Part shown: one piece after another, positions 17,416 through 25,401 of the stretch
Position numbering within the stretch: the stretch's first letter is position 1
How the letters are laid out: each line of letters starts with the position of its first letter
DNA from: an uncultured bacterium
GTDB lineage: Bacteria > Chlamydiota > Chlamydiia > Chlamydiales > FEN-1388
Direction: 5' to 3'
Assembly: GCA_964512205.1 (NCBI GenBank)
Contig: CAZEGK010000004.1
Location: forward strand, 34,634-98,633
DNA length: 64,000 nucleotides
The notes under the pieces: model-generated
What the model was told of the DNA's origin: nothing
The model's database searches: none
The model's input: the letters and a program-made list of their open reading frames with translations, nothing else
Program-made: the position numbers and the translations under genes

Positions 17416-17950
17416 TTATGCCTTTTTTACAAGGCATTCGAAGAGGCTCGAATCGAGGTAGATTTTGCCATCTTCTGCTGCTATGTTGTACTTGAGCATT
17501 TCATCGGTAATATCGGATAAAAAAGCTTCTTTTTGTTCGACGACATAGTGTAAGGAGCAAAAGGCTGCAGCGAGATCAAATTGCTCAATAAAGTTCATTG
17601 AGGCGATATCAAGCTGCTGAAAGAGCAGGTTTTGCAATGTGAATGATTGTGAGGAATGAGCTATCATATGTTGCGATATATCGATGCCTGACAAGGCCTT
17701 GGTGTATATACTATCTAAAACTATTGATGCCGGTAATGAAACGTTTAAGCACATCTTAGGCCAACTCCACAAATAGAGTGAATCGCATACCCCGGCCCCT
17801 TATACACAGCTGGCATCCCAAGCAGTTTGTTTTTTTCGACAATGCCGCTAAGCGATGCTGAGGCATCGAGAATCGAATACTGCGAATGCACATGTAGGTG
17901 AACAAATGGGCCCATGTTCTTATTCCCTCACAACCTGAATTTATACCCAA
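17416..17950 (-). pseudogene. Class I SAM-dependent methyltransferase remnant (frameshifted, C-terminally truncated)
   Basis: ORF 17416..17772 has ALSGIDISQHMIAHS and FDLAAAFCSLHYVVEQKEAFLSDI (post-I and motif II/III-like). The upstream piece 17756..17950 is in another frame (…KKTNCLGCQLCIRGRG…, a degenerate motif I). It abuts the truncated abiEii. Confidence 0.5.
17763..17803. repeat. ~41-nt repeat family, copy 1
   Basis: aactccacaaatagagtgaatcgcataccccggccccttat; about 33/41 identical to 20761-20801. Confidence 0.75.
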
Positions 17951-18144
17951 ACAACTTCAAGGGATGCTCCTCGAGCTTGCGATAATTATTTTACTTGACG
18001 ATTTAGATTTTTTGAGCTAGAAGTAATCAGATTTAAATTTTATCTGAGAGGCTTTCTCGAAATTCCGCACGAGTTTTGAAAAGTCTCTGCAAGACCTCCT
18101 GTTGCCCTAAAGTGTCCTATTTAACATAAAACAATGGAAAAGCT

Positions 18145-20415
18145 ATGAAGTTTTTAAGTTATTTAGCTGTCCTTGGCCTGTGTGCTGGAACAGTAAGTGC
18201 AGATGATTCGTGCTGCAAAAGTATAAAAAAAGAATTAAAAAAGATTGCCAAAAGGCAAAAACCAGATTGCTGTGAAACTACGCCAATCTGCCAAAATGTG
18301 ATTAACAGAAATGGCGGAACACTCCTTCTCAATAAATCTGGTACCTATGCACTTACAGAAGATGTTGTGGGAACATTAATTGTAGTAGCAGATAGCGTCT
18401 GCATCGATCTTTGCTGCCATACACTGAGTGCTGGTGGTAGAGCAAGTGCAATCGTTGCAAATGGCCATGAAGGACTTGATGTCTATAACGGACGCATTAT
18501 CAATACAACAGATGCAGCAATCTTAGTGCAGGATTATGACTCAGTAGAGCTTTATGACCTTACTATGAGTGGAAATGTCTTTGATTCTATCCGTGAGCAG
18601 AATTCTGTCGATCTTCGTGTGCATAATGTAAATTTTGTAAATGACAATGAAGGTGAGCGCGCGCTCTACTTTAATTCATGTGACAATATAGTTGTTAAAA
18701 ACTGCAATGCATCAGGCTTTTTAAGCACTATTGGAGCGATTATTCAGTTCGATACCTGCAATGCAGGATCACTTGAAAATATTGATGTTACAAGCAATAC
18801 CAAAACATCCGCAGCAGATGTTGATGAATTTAGTGCTGGCACTGCGTTAGTAGCAGTAACAGAAAGTACGGGCGTTGATTTTGTTCACGTAAAAGTAAAC
18901 AACAACACCTTTGACAACAGCGTACCTGTTGCCGATCAGAACAATCATTGGAGAACAGCTGAGGCTATTGCCTTCTTTTCTTCAAATAACTGTTCACTTC
19001 ATCAATGTGAAACAAGTAACAATACTGATGTTGCTGGCAATGTCGCTACAACAGATACAGAAGATTACATGCTCCTTTTCATTTTTTGTGACAGTTGTAT
19101 CGTAACAGAACATCAATCAAATACCAATAGCTGCACGCAGCCAATACTCTATTTTGTTGCAATTGGGTGCTTAGATTCAGCTAACAATAGATTTGAAGGT
19201 TGTCAGGCAAATAGTAATTTAGTCTCAGAATTATTTGTCCTACCTGGCTCCGAATCTGGTATGGTCCCTATGTGGGTTGCCGAGTATTTTGATTTTGCAT
19301 TAAGTAATGGAAATGTGCTACGAAATTGCCAGGCTAACTTTAATACTGTTACATTAGGTGGAGCAGGCCGTACTGATTTTGATAGTGCCGCTTACAATGA
19401 AGCCATATTAGTTGGAGGAACTGATAGCGTAGTTGATCATTGCCAAGCAAATAACAATACGATGGGAGATAATCAACCATTTACAGCAGCTTTGGGGATT
19501 GCTTCTATTGGAACCAATACAAAGATACTTAATTCAACCGCAGATAACAATACTGGTGGTGGAGAGTCGTTTGGTATTAATTTGTTTTTTTCAAATTTGG
19601 GGAGTCATGGCCGTAATCCACTCATCTCAAATTGCTCAGCAAGTTCTAACGGTAACTGGGGAATCCAGGTTGGATTTGATGGTGATTTAACAGAAACAAT
19701 TCTTGATGTTGTGATCGAAGATTGTGTTTGCAACAAAAATGGAGGTCAATCAGGTCCTGCAGCAGGAATCATTGTTGTACCTGTTCAACCTGGTGCAACA
19801 AATATCTTCATTAAAGGTTGTCAAGTCTATGATACAACGTCCTCTGATGGCGATGCCACAGGAATTAGTGTAACGAACGCAAGAAATGTAGTGATAGAAG
19901 ATTGCGAAGTCTTTACTACGACAGCGGATGGTCTTGGCCATGGCATTCTCTTTGATACAGTTACTGACTCCAAAATTATACGCACACAGGTTCATGAGAA
20001 CCAAAATAGCGGCGTAGAAATTATTGGCGACAATAGCAACATTGCGATTATCGAATGTATTGCTATGAGTAACAACATAGGTTTTGATTTTGCTATTGGA
20101 TCCACAGCATCATGCAGCCTTGTTCAAGACTCTCGTGCTATAGATAACAGCGTAGCTGGATTTGCTTACCCTATCGGGCCGCTTACTGTTACCTTCATTG
20201 GTAATGAATCGCAGTGCAATGGTGAGACCATATGTGCAAACTATTCAAATTTAAATGGCACCATCAATCTGCAGGAACTTAGCTGGTTTGATGGTTCTAT
20301 TACACCGGTTAACCCTGTAGGACCGGGTGCAGCAGCCCCTGGTGCACGCTTTACAAACCTTATTGCAGTACCGACATTTACTTCAATTGCGGGCTGCATT
20401 GCACCTCCTCCGTAA
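18145..20415 (+). CDS. Secreted right-handed parallel beta-helix repeat protein with Cys-rich N-terminal module
   Basis: Signal peptide MKFLSYLAVLGLCAGTVSA. Leader DDSCCKSIKKELKKIAKRQKPDCCETTPIC. Repeated PbH1-like turns (NVVIEDCEVFTT..GHGILFDTVTDSKIIRTQVHENQNSGVEIIGDNSNIAIIECIAMSNNIGFDF; NIVVKNCNASGF; NCQANFN / HCQANNN / GCQANSN). No C-terminal autotransporter barrel is evident. Confidence 0.8.
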   Translation: MKFLSYLAVLGLCAGTVSADDSCCKSIKKELKKIAKRQKPDCCETTPICQNVINRNGGTLLLNKSGTYALTEDVVGTLIVVADSVCIDLCCHTLSAGGRASAIVANGHEGLDVYNGRIINTTDAAILVQDYDSVELYDLTMSGNVFDSIREQNSVDLRVHNVNFVNDNEGERALYFNSCDNIVVKNCNASGFLSTIGAIIQFDTCNAGSLENIDVTSNTKTSAADVDEFSAGTALVAVTESTGVDFVHVKVNNNTFDNSVPVADQNNHWRTAEAIAFFSSNNCSLHQCETSNNTDVAGNVATTDTEDYMLLFIFCDSCIVTEHQSNTNSCTQPILYFVAIGCLDSANNRFEGCQANSNLVSELFVLPGSESGMVPMWVAEYFDFALSNGNVLRNCQANFNTVTLGGAGRTDFDSAAYNEAILVGGTDSVVDHCQANNNTMGDNQPFTAALGIASIGTNTKILNSTADNNTGGGESFGINLFFSNLGSHGRNPLISNCSASSNGNWGIQVGFDGDLTETILDVVIEDCVCNKNGGQSGPAAGIIVVPVQPGATNIFIKGCQVYDTTSSDGDATGISVTNARNVVIEDCEVFTTTADGLGHGILFDTVTDSKIIRTQVHENQNSGVEIIGDNSNIAIIECIAMSNNIGFDFAIGSTASCSLVQDSRAIDNSVAGFAYPIGPLTVTFIGNESQCNGETICANYSNLNGTINLQELSWFDGSITPVNPVGPGAAAPGARFTNLIAVPTFTSIAGCIAPPP

Positions 20416-20424
20416 AGCAATCAT

Positions 20425-20454
20425 TTGCCCATCTCTACTTGATGAGGTGGGCAA
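20425..20454 (+). terminator. Hairpin after the beta-helix gene
   Basis: 11-bp stem ttgcccatctc / gaggtgggcaa (one G-U pair) with an 8-nt loop, 10 nt after the stop. No T-run. Confidence 0.4.
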
Positions 20455-20760
20455 CTCCATCAAAAACAATAAGGAATAGTTATCAAGATTCGCACTTACT
20501 TCGCTTTATGTGTATCCACGGACCGTTAAATCTAGTGTTTTTGCTTTTGAATGGAGCGTGTGCACAGTGGCGCATACGAAGGGAAAGCTGATAACAAATT
20601 GGGGATATGGTACTGGGGGAGAGTATTTTCAATATGGGCAAAGACCCCTAGCAAGAGTTGCTCAATTGTAGAAATCTCGGCTTACAGCAGCAAGGAAAAA
20701 TCAAGAATTAGAGAAATTTGCGACTAACCTAGTCGATAATTTAGGCTCATTTGTTTGCGA

Positions 20761-20801
20761 AACTCCACAAATCGAGTGAACTTCAGATCCAGGCCCCTTG
20801 T
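20761..20801. repeat. ~41-nt repeat family, copy 2
   Basis: aactccacaaatcgagtgaacttcagatccaggccccttgt. Its flank (tttaggctcatttgtttgcg) also weakly resembles the flank of copy 1. Confidence 0.75.
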
Positions 20802-20854
20802 GCGGAGGGGGGGGTATTTCGGAGGGCCGACAAAAAGCCGGCGCGTTACTAGGT

Positions 20855-21676
20855 TTACGCTAGAAGCCCTACCATTTGTAAAATGCGAGCACATTCAACA
20901 AGCTTATCTTTTGTAAAGATGGCGAGTTTATTTTTTGCATTTTCAAGGTGATACTCAGCTGTTCTGTAAGAGATGCCCAAGCTTTGAGCTTGTTCTTTAG
21001 CAGTTTTGAGCTCGCAAGCAGCAAGCAATGCCTCTTTTTCGCGCCGAGAGAGTGTTTTGGCAAAAGTAAAGAGAGAGGGGGAAACTCCAATTTGCTGGAG
21101 AAACTGAGCGTGACTTTCTGGATTAGGGAGGCAATTACTTCCATAGCTTTTGTTATAATAGCGATTCTTTCCCTTTAACTCAGCTAAATTGATGCTAGTT
21201 TCTTCTGATAACGTTTTGAATTTCTTGGTTTCGGCCAAAAAGTAGTTAAGATAGCTGTTAAGTAGAGGCAGATTATTGCTATAAAAAGAGGGTAGAGTGA
21301 GGAGCTTCTGACGAGAAGCAAAGCCAAAGATATGTGCCTTGGACGCGCTCTCTTTGCGTATAATAATAAGCGGATGATGCAGCGGGTGTTTTTGTTCTAA
21401 GTTACGAATAACTTTTTCGAAATGTGTGTCAAAATCAAGATAAAAATAGCCAGGTGTTAGGCATGAGGGTGCTACAAGGAAATGCGCGTCATTATACCAT
21501 TGACTCTCATAAAAATAGCTCAACTGGTCATGAAAGTTAGAGGTATTTGAAAGATATCCTTCTTCGGTAATCTGGATATGCCAGAAATTGTCAATGCCAA
21601 AATTGCATTTTAATGGGTCGGTAATTTTCTTTAAGGTATCCTGGCACCTTTCGTTATATGTAAAAAAATCCCTCAT
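20855..21676 (-). CDS. LuxR-family transcriptional regulator (autoinducer-binding-like N-domain plus C-terminal HTH), paralog 1
   Basis: C-terminal LuxR/GerE HTH LSRREKEALLAACELKTAKEQAQSLGISYRTAEYHLENAKNKL. The N-domain aligns by eye with paralog 2 (31717..32535). Lengths are 273 and 272 aa. Confidence 0.8.
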   Translation of the reverse strand: MRDFFTYNERCQDTLKKITDPLKCNFGIDNFWHIQITEEGYLSNTSNFHDQLSYFYESQWYNDAHFLVAPSCLTPGYFYLDFDTHFEKVIRNLEQKHPLHHPLIIIRKESASKAHIFGFASRQKLLTLPSFYSNNLPLLNSYLNYFLAETKKFKTLSEETSINLAELKGKNRYYNKSYGSNCLPNPESHAQFLQQIGVSPSLFTFAKTLSRREKEALLAACELKTAKEQAQSLGISYRTAEYHLENAKNKLAIFTKDKLVECARILQMVGLLA

Positions 21677-21730
21677 CTTGCACCTTTGTAAAAATAATTA
21701 TATTACAATCTATGGTTTTTGTCAAGGGAA

Positions 21731-21789
21731 TATAACAAATTTGTATAACAAATTCCTGCTGGAACTAGCCAGTCGTTCCAGCAGGAATT
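21731..21789. promoter_or_regulatory. Repeat/palindrome cluster in the spacer between the lipase-like gene and LuxR paralog 1
   Basis: Direct repeat TATAACAAATT x2 (21731-21741, 21744-21754) containing the palindrome ACAAATTTGT. A perfect 14-bp inverted repeat aattcctgctggaa (21751-21764) / ttccagcaggaatt (21776-21789) with an 11-nt spacer. Confidence 0.45.
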
Positions 21790-21801
21790 GCGAGCGGGTT
21801 A

Positions 21802-22695
21802 TTAAAGAGTTTTTGCTAGTGCTTCAAGAGTTGATCTAAAAGTAAATAGCTTATGGCATGTGGTATCAACCGCTGAGGCATATCCTGCAATGTGCTGTTT
21901 CATTTCAGGTGTTACATGAGTTAAGGTTTTCATTGATAACGTAGGTTTTACGGAGCATGGAATTAAGGTGACATCGTAGTCTCTCATGCAAGAGGCATAC
22001 TTTGTGTATCGCTCTTCAACACCCGCTACATTATCAGGATTTCCTGTCCAAAAATTATTCACAAATTCTGGAATTCTTTCAGGTCCCCATTGATACTCTC
22101 TAAACCAATCCTCTTTAAATTGAGCAACTACAGCTTCTTCTAATGGGACCTCATCAAGGCGCATTCTGTCGGTAAGCTTTATAATTTTTTCTAAAGTATG
22201 TTCTAGGTCAAATTTGTCATTACCAGCTCTACAAATCATGTCGCCCTTGGCAACATAATTTTTAACATTGCCTGCAAGCATTTTGGGGATCATTACAACA
22301 CCACCAAATGAGTACACATCAACTAGATCTGCTATTTCTGGCTGTAATTTTTCAAGGGCAAGTTTTGTGATGAGTGCCCCATGGCTATGTGCAAATACAG
22401 GAACTCGTTGATTGCCAGACTTTTCCACCTGTTCACGCATACAGCGAGCAAATTGAGTTGCAATCTCATCAATTTTTTGTCTTTGTTCTTCGCTATTTGT
22501 GAAAAACTCTCCCAGCCCAGTTGGATTATTAAAAACAACTAACTTACGAGAAAAAATTGAGCTTAGAAGGCTGGTTTGATCATTAAGATTCCCTCTTTGT
22601 CCTTCATCATCATGATTAGAGCAAATTCCATTACAATAGACTAATGGTGTCTGTTGGGTAGTACCCGGGATTTCAAAGATTCTTACTGCTTGCAT
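21802..22695 (-). CDS. Alpha/beta-hydrolase fold protein (lipase/esterase-like)
   Basis: Nucleophile-elbow-like VFAHSHGALI (xHSxG) after a beta-strand. TAGGAG lies 6 nt before the ATG. Family not identified further. Confidence 0.55.
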   Translation of the reverse strand: MQAVRIFEIPGTTQQTPLVYCNGICSNHDDEGQRGNLNDQTSLLSSIFSRKLVVFNNPTGLGEFFTNSEEQRQKIDEIATQFARCMREQVEKSGNQRVPVFAHSHGALITKLALEKLQPEIADLVDVYSFGGVVMIPKMLAGNVKNYVAKGDMICRAGNDKFDLEHTLEKIIKLTDRMRLDEVPLEEAVVAQFKEDWFREYQWGPERIPEFVNNFWTGNPDNVAGVEERYTKYASCMRDYDVTLIPCSVKPTLSMKTLTHVTPEMKQHIAGYASAVDTTCHKLFTFRSTLEALAKTL

Positions 22696-22755
22696 AAATA
22701 ACTCCTATCTGTATTATTAAAAAATATAAATTATAAAACTGAATTTAAACCAATT

Positions 22756-22787
22756 AAAACTAATAGTAAAAACTAATAGTAATAGTA
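22756..22787. repeat. Tandem 13-bp repeat in the AT-rich region upstream of the lipase-like gene
   Basis: aaaactaatagta x2 (22756-22768, 22769-22781) followed by the partial unit atagta. Confidence 0.8.
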
Positions 22788-23052
22788 TAAAGTTTATTAT
22801 GTATGGAGATTTTAAAAACACCGTATAAAATACGGGATTTAGAGGCTTCACTTGTCTTGTTTAAGGGCAAGTAAGGCAATGATCTTCGCCTTAATAATTA
22901 CTGGCATCATCGTGTTGAGAATTAGAGGATAGTTCGCATGCTTTTCATAGGTTTTTATGCACTTGCTATAAGCTTTTTTCTTAAAGTAGAATTGGGTACG
23001 AAAATGCCATGGTAGTGACGGCGATGGCGACGTGGATAGGGAATAAAATGAG

Positions 23053-23087
23053 AAATCCACTTAATGTGGAGACCCCAGGCCCCTTGT
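23053..23087. repeat. ~41-nt repeat family, diverged copy 3
   Basis: aaatccacttaatgtggagaccccaggccccttgt shares both ends (a.tccac ... ccaggccccttgt) with copies 1 and 2. It lies 20 nt from the right direct repeat. Confidence 0.5.
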
Positions 23088-23106
23088 TGCTGTATGCGCT
23101 CTGATA

Positions 23107-23427
23107 TGTGAGCAGGGGCGGCCCCGCTCGTTGAGCTAGTTACAAATTTTCTGCAAGATCTTGTTTTGTGGATAGGGTGTAGCTAACGGTAACTTTTGCA
23201 AAGGGCTTGGGGATGCGCAGCCTATCCCAGCTTTTTAGCTCCCAATACGAGGTTGCTTTCCAGTTCATAGCGATAATCTGGCAATCTGCCTTTTCCTGAG
23301 CAAAAAAGATGCCAGGTTTTATGGCATGTCTTGGACCTCGCGGGCCATCGGGTGTTATGAGGACTACTTTATTGCTTGTAATAGCATCGACAGTCTGTAA
23401 GAGGGCGGCATGTCTTGAATTGTGGGG
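23107..23427. repeat. Right ~320 bp direct repeat (intact 3' end of the DUF374 gene plus 33 nt downstream)
   Basis: See 8733-9052. Confidence 0.9.
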
Positions 23428-23748
23428 GACAAAGATTGGTTCAACGTTAGTGAATGTTTTGCCATAGGCTGCAAGGAGCTTGCCATCTTTGCTGTTGCTG
23501 ACAACTATGGCAAGTGGCTTTTCCTTGAGGACTCTACGGATAAGGGAGGCTAGGAAGAGGCCATCGTGCCAGAGGGCTACAATAAGCGGGCTCTTTGCTG
23601 CTTGCACAAGCTCTTTCTTGCCCTCAATTTTGATTCGTAGTGTGGCAAAAAGAAGACTTGTCACTAGGCGAAGACAAAACGCAAGCAAAGCAATCACTGG
23701 TTTCATTCGCAAGAGATTAGAGAATCGCACAGATCTCCTGCGCAGCAC
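23140..23748 (-). CDS. DUF374 / lysophospholipid-acyltransferase-like protein
   Basis: LIVALWHDGLFLA, VSNSKDGKLLA and LITPDGPRGPRHAIKPGIFFAQEKADCQII match the DUF374 (COG2121) pattern. The 5' end overlaps the lpxB 3' end by 32 nt. Confidence 0.75.
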   Translation of the reverse strand: MLRRRSVRFSNLLRMKPVIALLAFCLRLVTSLLFATLRIKIEGKKELVQAAKSPLIVALWHDGLFLASLIRRVLKEKPLAIVVSNSKDGKLLAAYGKTFTNVEPIFVPHNSRHAALLQTVDAITSNKVVLITPDGPRGPRHAIKPGIFFAQEKADCQIIAMNWKATSYWELKSWDRLRIPKPFAKVTVSYTLSTKQDLAENL

Positions 23749-24817
23749 GCTTTACAGGTGAGAGATCGCCGACGACATGTTTTTTAAGTTCCATACAGCC
23801 TTCAACACATTCTTTATAGCGCTCAGGATCGCTTTGAAAGAGCTCTAAGGCATCTGCAATGTCTTTTGGCTCTACTGGAGGGCGTATTTTTTCAATGAAG
23901 AGCTCTTTCTTTGCCAAAATATTGACGATAGAGAAAAAGGGCATCTGATCGAGCTTCATCACATATCGGGCCATGAGGCGATTGAGCGTCGAGAGCTCGT
24001 AGGTAACTACAGTTGGTACATTATGGAGCGCAAGCTCAAGGGTGACTGTGCCAGATTTTGCAAGCGCCAGATCACTTTTCTTCATCAACTCATAGCGAGC
24101 ATTGAAAGGAACTTTTACCATATCTTGGGGTAGAGGTTCACTTGTACAGACGCATAGTTGCATGGTCGGATGTTTTTGCTTGAAGAGCCGTGCAGCTTCA
24201 AGCTGTTTTTTGAGGTTTCTTTTGATTTCATCGGGCCTCGATCCGGGAAAAATCGCAAGAACAGGCCTGCTTGGATCAAGATGAAGACTTAGTCCATTAT
24301 CATTTTGTATAAGCTCAGTTATCGGATGGCCAACAAACTGCGTTTTGAGCGATGTATGGGCAAAGTAGGCTGGCTCAAAGTCAAATAGAGTAAGCAAGAG
24401 GTCAAAATATTTTGCCATCTCATCAGCACGCTCTTTCTTCCAGGCCCAGACAGTGGGGGCAACAAATTGCACGATCTTTCCCTTATAGCCCTTTTTACGA
24501 AGAGCGCGTGCAAGCTTTAGGCCAAAACTTGGCTGATCGATGATGAGCACCATTTCGGGGTTTCGTTTGAGGATTTCTTTTTTGATTTTGCAAAATGAGC
24601 GGATGAGACGGGGTAGCGCTTTTAAAACGTCGCTAATGCCCATTACCTGAAATTTTTCCATCGGTAAAATACATTCAAGCAAGTAGCCAGAGCTTGGGCC
24701 ACCAACTCCCCAAAAGTGATAGATAGGAAGCTGTTTTTCAAGTTCTACGAGAAGCATCGCTGCATAAAGGTCAGCGCTTGTCTCTCCAGCAAATATAAAT
24801 ATATTTTTTTCTCTCAT
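23717..24817 (-). CDS. lpxB: Lipid-A-disaccharide synthase
   Basis: IFIFAGETSADLYAA at the N-terminus, with size and overall pattern typical of LpxB (GT19). Confidence 0.9.
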   Translation of the reverse strand: MREKNIFIFAGETSADLYAAMLLVELEKQLPIYHFWGVGGPSSGYLLECILPMEKFQVMGISDVLKALPRLIRSFCKIKKEILKRNPEMVLIIDQPSFGLKLARALRKKGYKGKIVQFVAPTVWAWKKERADEMAKYFDLLLTLFDFEPAYFAHTSLKTQFVGHPITELIQNDNGLSLHLDPSRPVLAIFPGSRPDEIKRNLKKQLEAARLFKQKHPTMQLCVCTSEPLPQDMVKVPFNARYELMKKSDLALAKSGTVTLELALHNVPTVVTYELSTLNRLMARYVMKLDQMPFFSIVNILAKKELFIEKIRPPVEPKDIADALELFQSDPERYKECVEGCMELKKHVVGDLSPVKRAAQEICAIL

Positions 24818-25401
24818 GTGGCTTTTCGTATAAAGTAGAGGTTCCTGCTATAGGGGATGATGCTTAAAAGGGGCCCTATAAAGTTTGGGATATCCTCTAA
24901 AATTAAAAAGTAAATCATGGTGATAATGGCTCCAACGAGCGAAATCCACCAAAATGTCTCGGTAAGCTGCCCCTCTTTTTGTGTCTCCTGCTGCCACCAC
25001 TGCACCCAAAAACGCGCTGCGTAGCAGGATATGCCAATAAGTCCAAAGAGATGTACAGGGGAAGTAAAGTGAACGGCCCATGTAAATGGGTTATAAGCAA
25101 GAGTAAATGCTGCAAAGAGTGTGAGGGCAAGGATCACAATCGCAAGGGGTGCCTGTTTTTCTCGAGGCTGTTGTAGATTGAGGTTTCGCATGCTCAGTAT
25201 CAAGTTTTGCGACTGCACAAGGCTAATTGCTGGCTGCAGCTCATTCATCGAATAGATATAGAGGAGAAGATTTCCAATAATAGAGAGCTGCCAGAAGCTT
25301 TTTGGTGTTACCGAACGCATTTCTCGCTCGGAATTGAGCCACTGTACAAAGAAGCGAAGTCCAAATGCAATTTGTGCAATATAGCCTAGTGAAGAAATCA
25401 T
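24814..25401 (-). CDS. Membrane protein with two LAB_N (lipid-A-biosynthesis N-terminal) domains
   Basis: Two copies of the G..aq..F..RF.vQW..SE...s..P..FW..S..G pattern (GYIAQIAFGLRFFVQWLNSEREMRSVTPKSFWQLSIIG; GLIGISCYAARFWVQWWQQETQKEGQLTETFWWISLVG). 4-nt overlaps with both neighbours. Confidence 0.75.
   Translation of the reverse strand: MISSLGYIAQIAFGLRFFVQWLNSEREMRSVTPKSFWQLSIIGNLLLYIYSMNELQPAISLVQSQNLILSMRNLNLQQPREKQAPLAIVILALTLFAAFTLAYNPFTWAVHFTSPVHLFGLIGISCYAARFWVQWWQQETQKEGQLTETFWWISLVGAIITMIYFLILEDIPNFIGPLLSIIPYSRNLYFIRKAT

Larger units (their letters stand above)
9053..23106. mobile_element. Candidate decayed genomic island (cargo between the two ~320 bp direct repeats)
   Basis: Flanked by direct repeats derived from the 3' end of a gene. 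All-accessory content and several pseudogenes. An internal third copy of the junction lies at 16393-16437. No integrase or tRNA seen. Confidence 0.5.

Noticed and set aside
9555-20415. Interpreting the two large secreted proteins as polymorphic membrane proteins (Pmp autotransporters)
   Set aside because: I saw no repeated GGA(I/L/V) or FxxN motifs and no aromatic-terminated beta-barrel-like C-terminus. Only the genomic position is reminiscent of pmpD.
22756-22787. CRISPR-like array
   Set aside because: There are only two and a half directly abutting 13-bp units, with no spacers and no cas genes. No other regularly spaced repeats were seen in the window.
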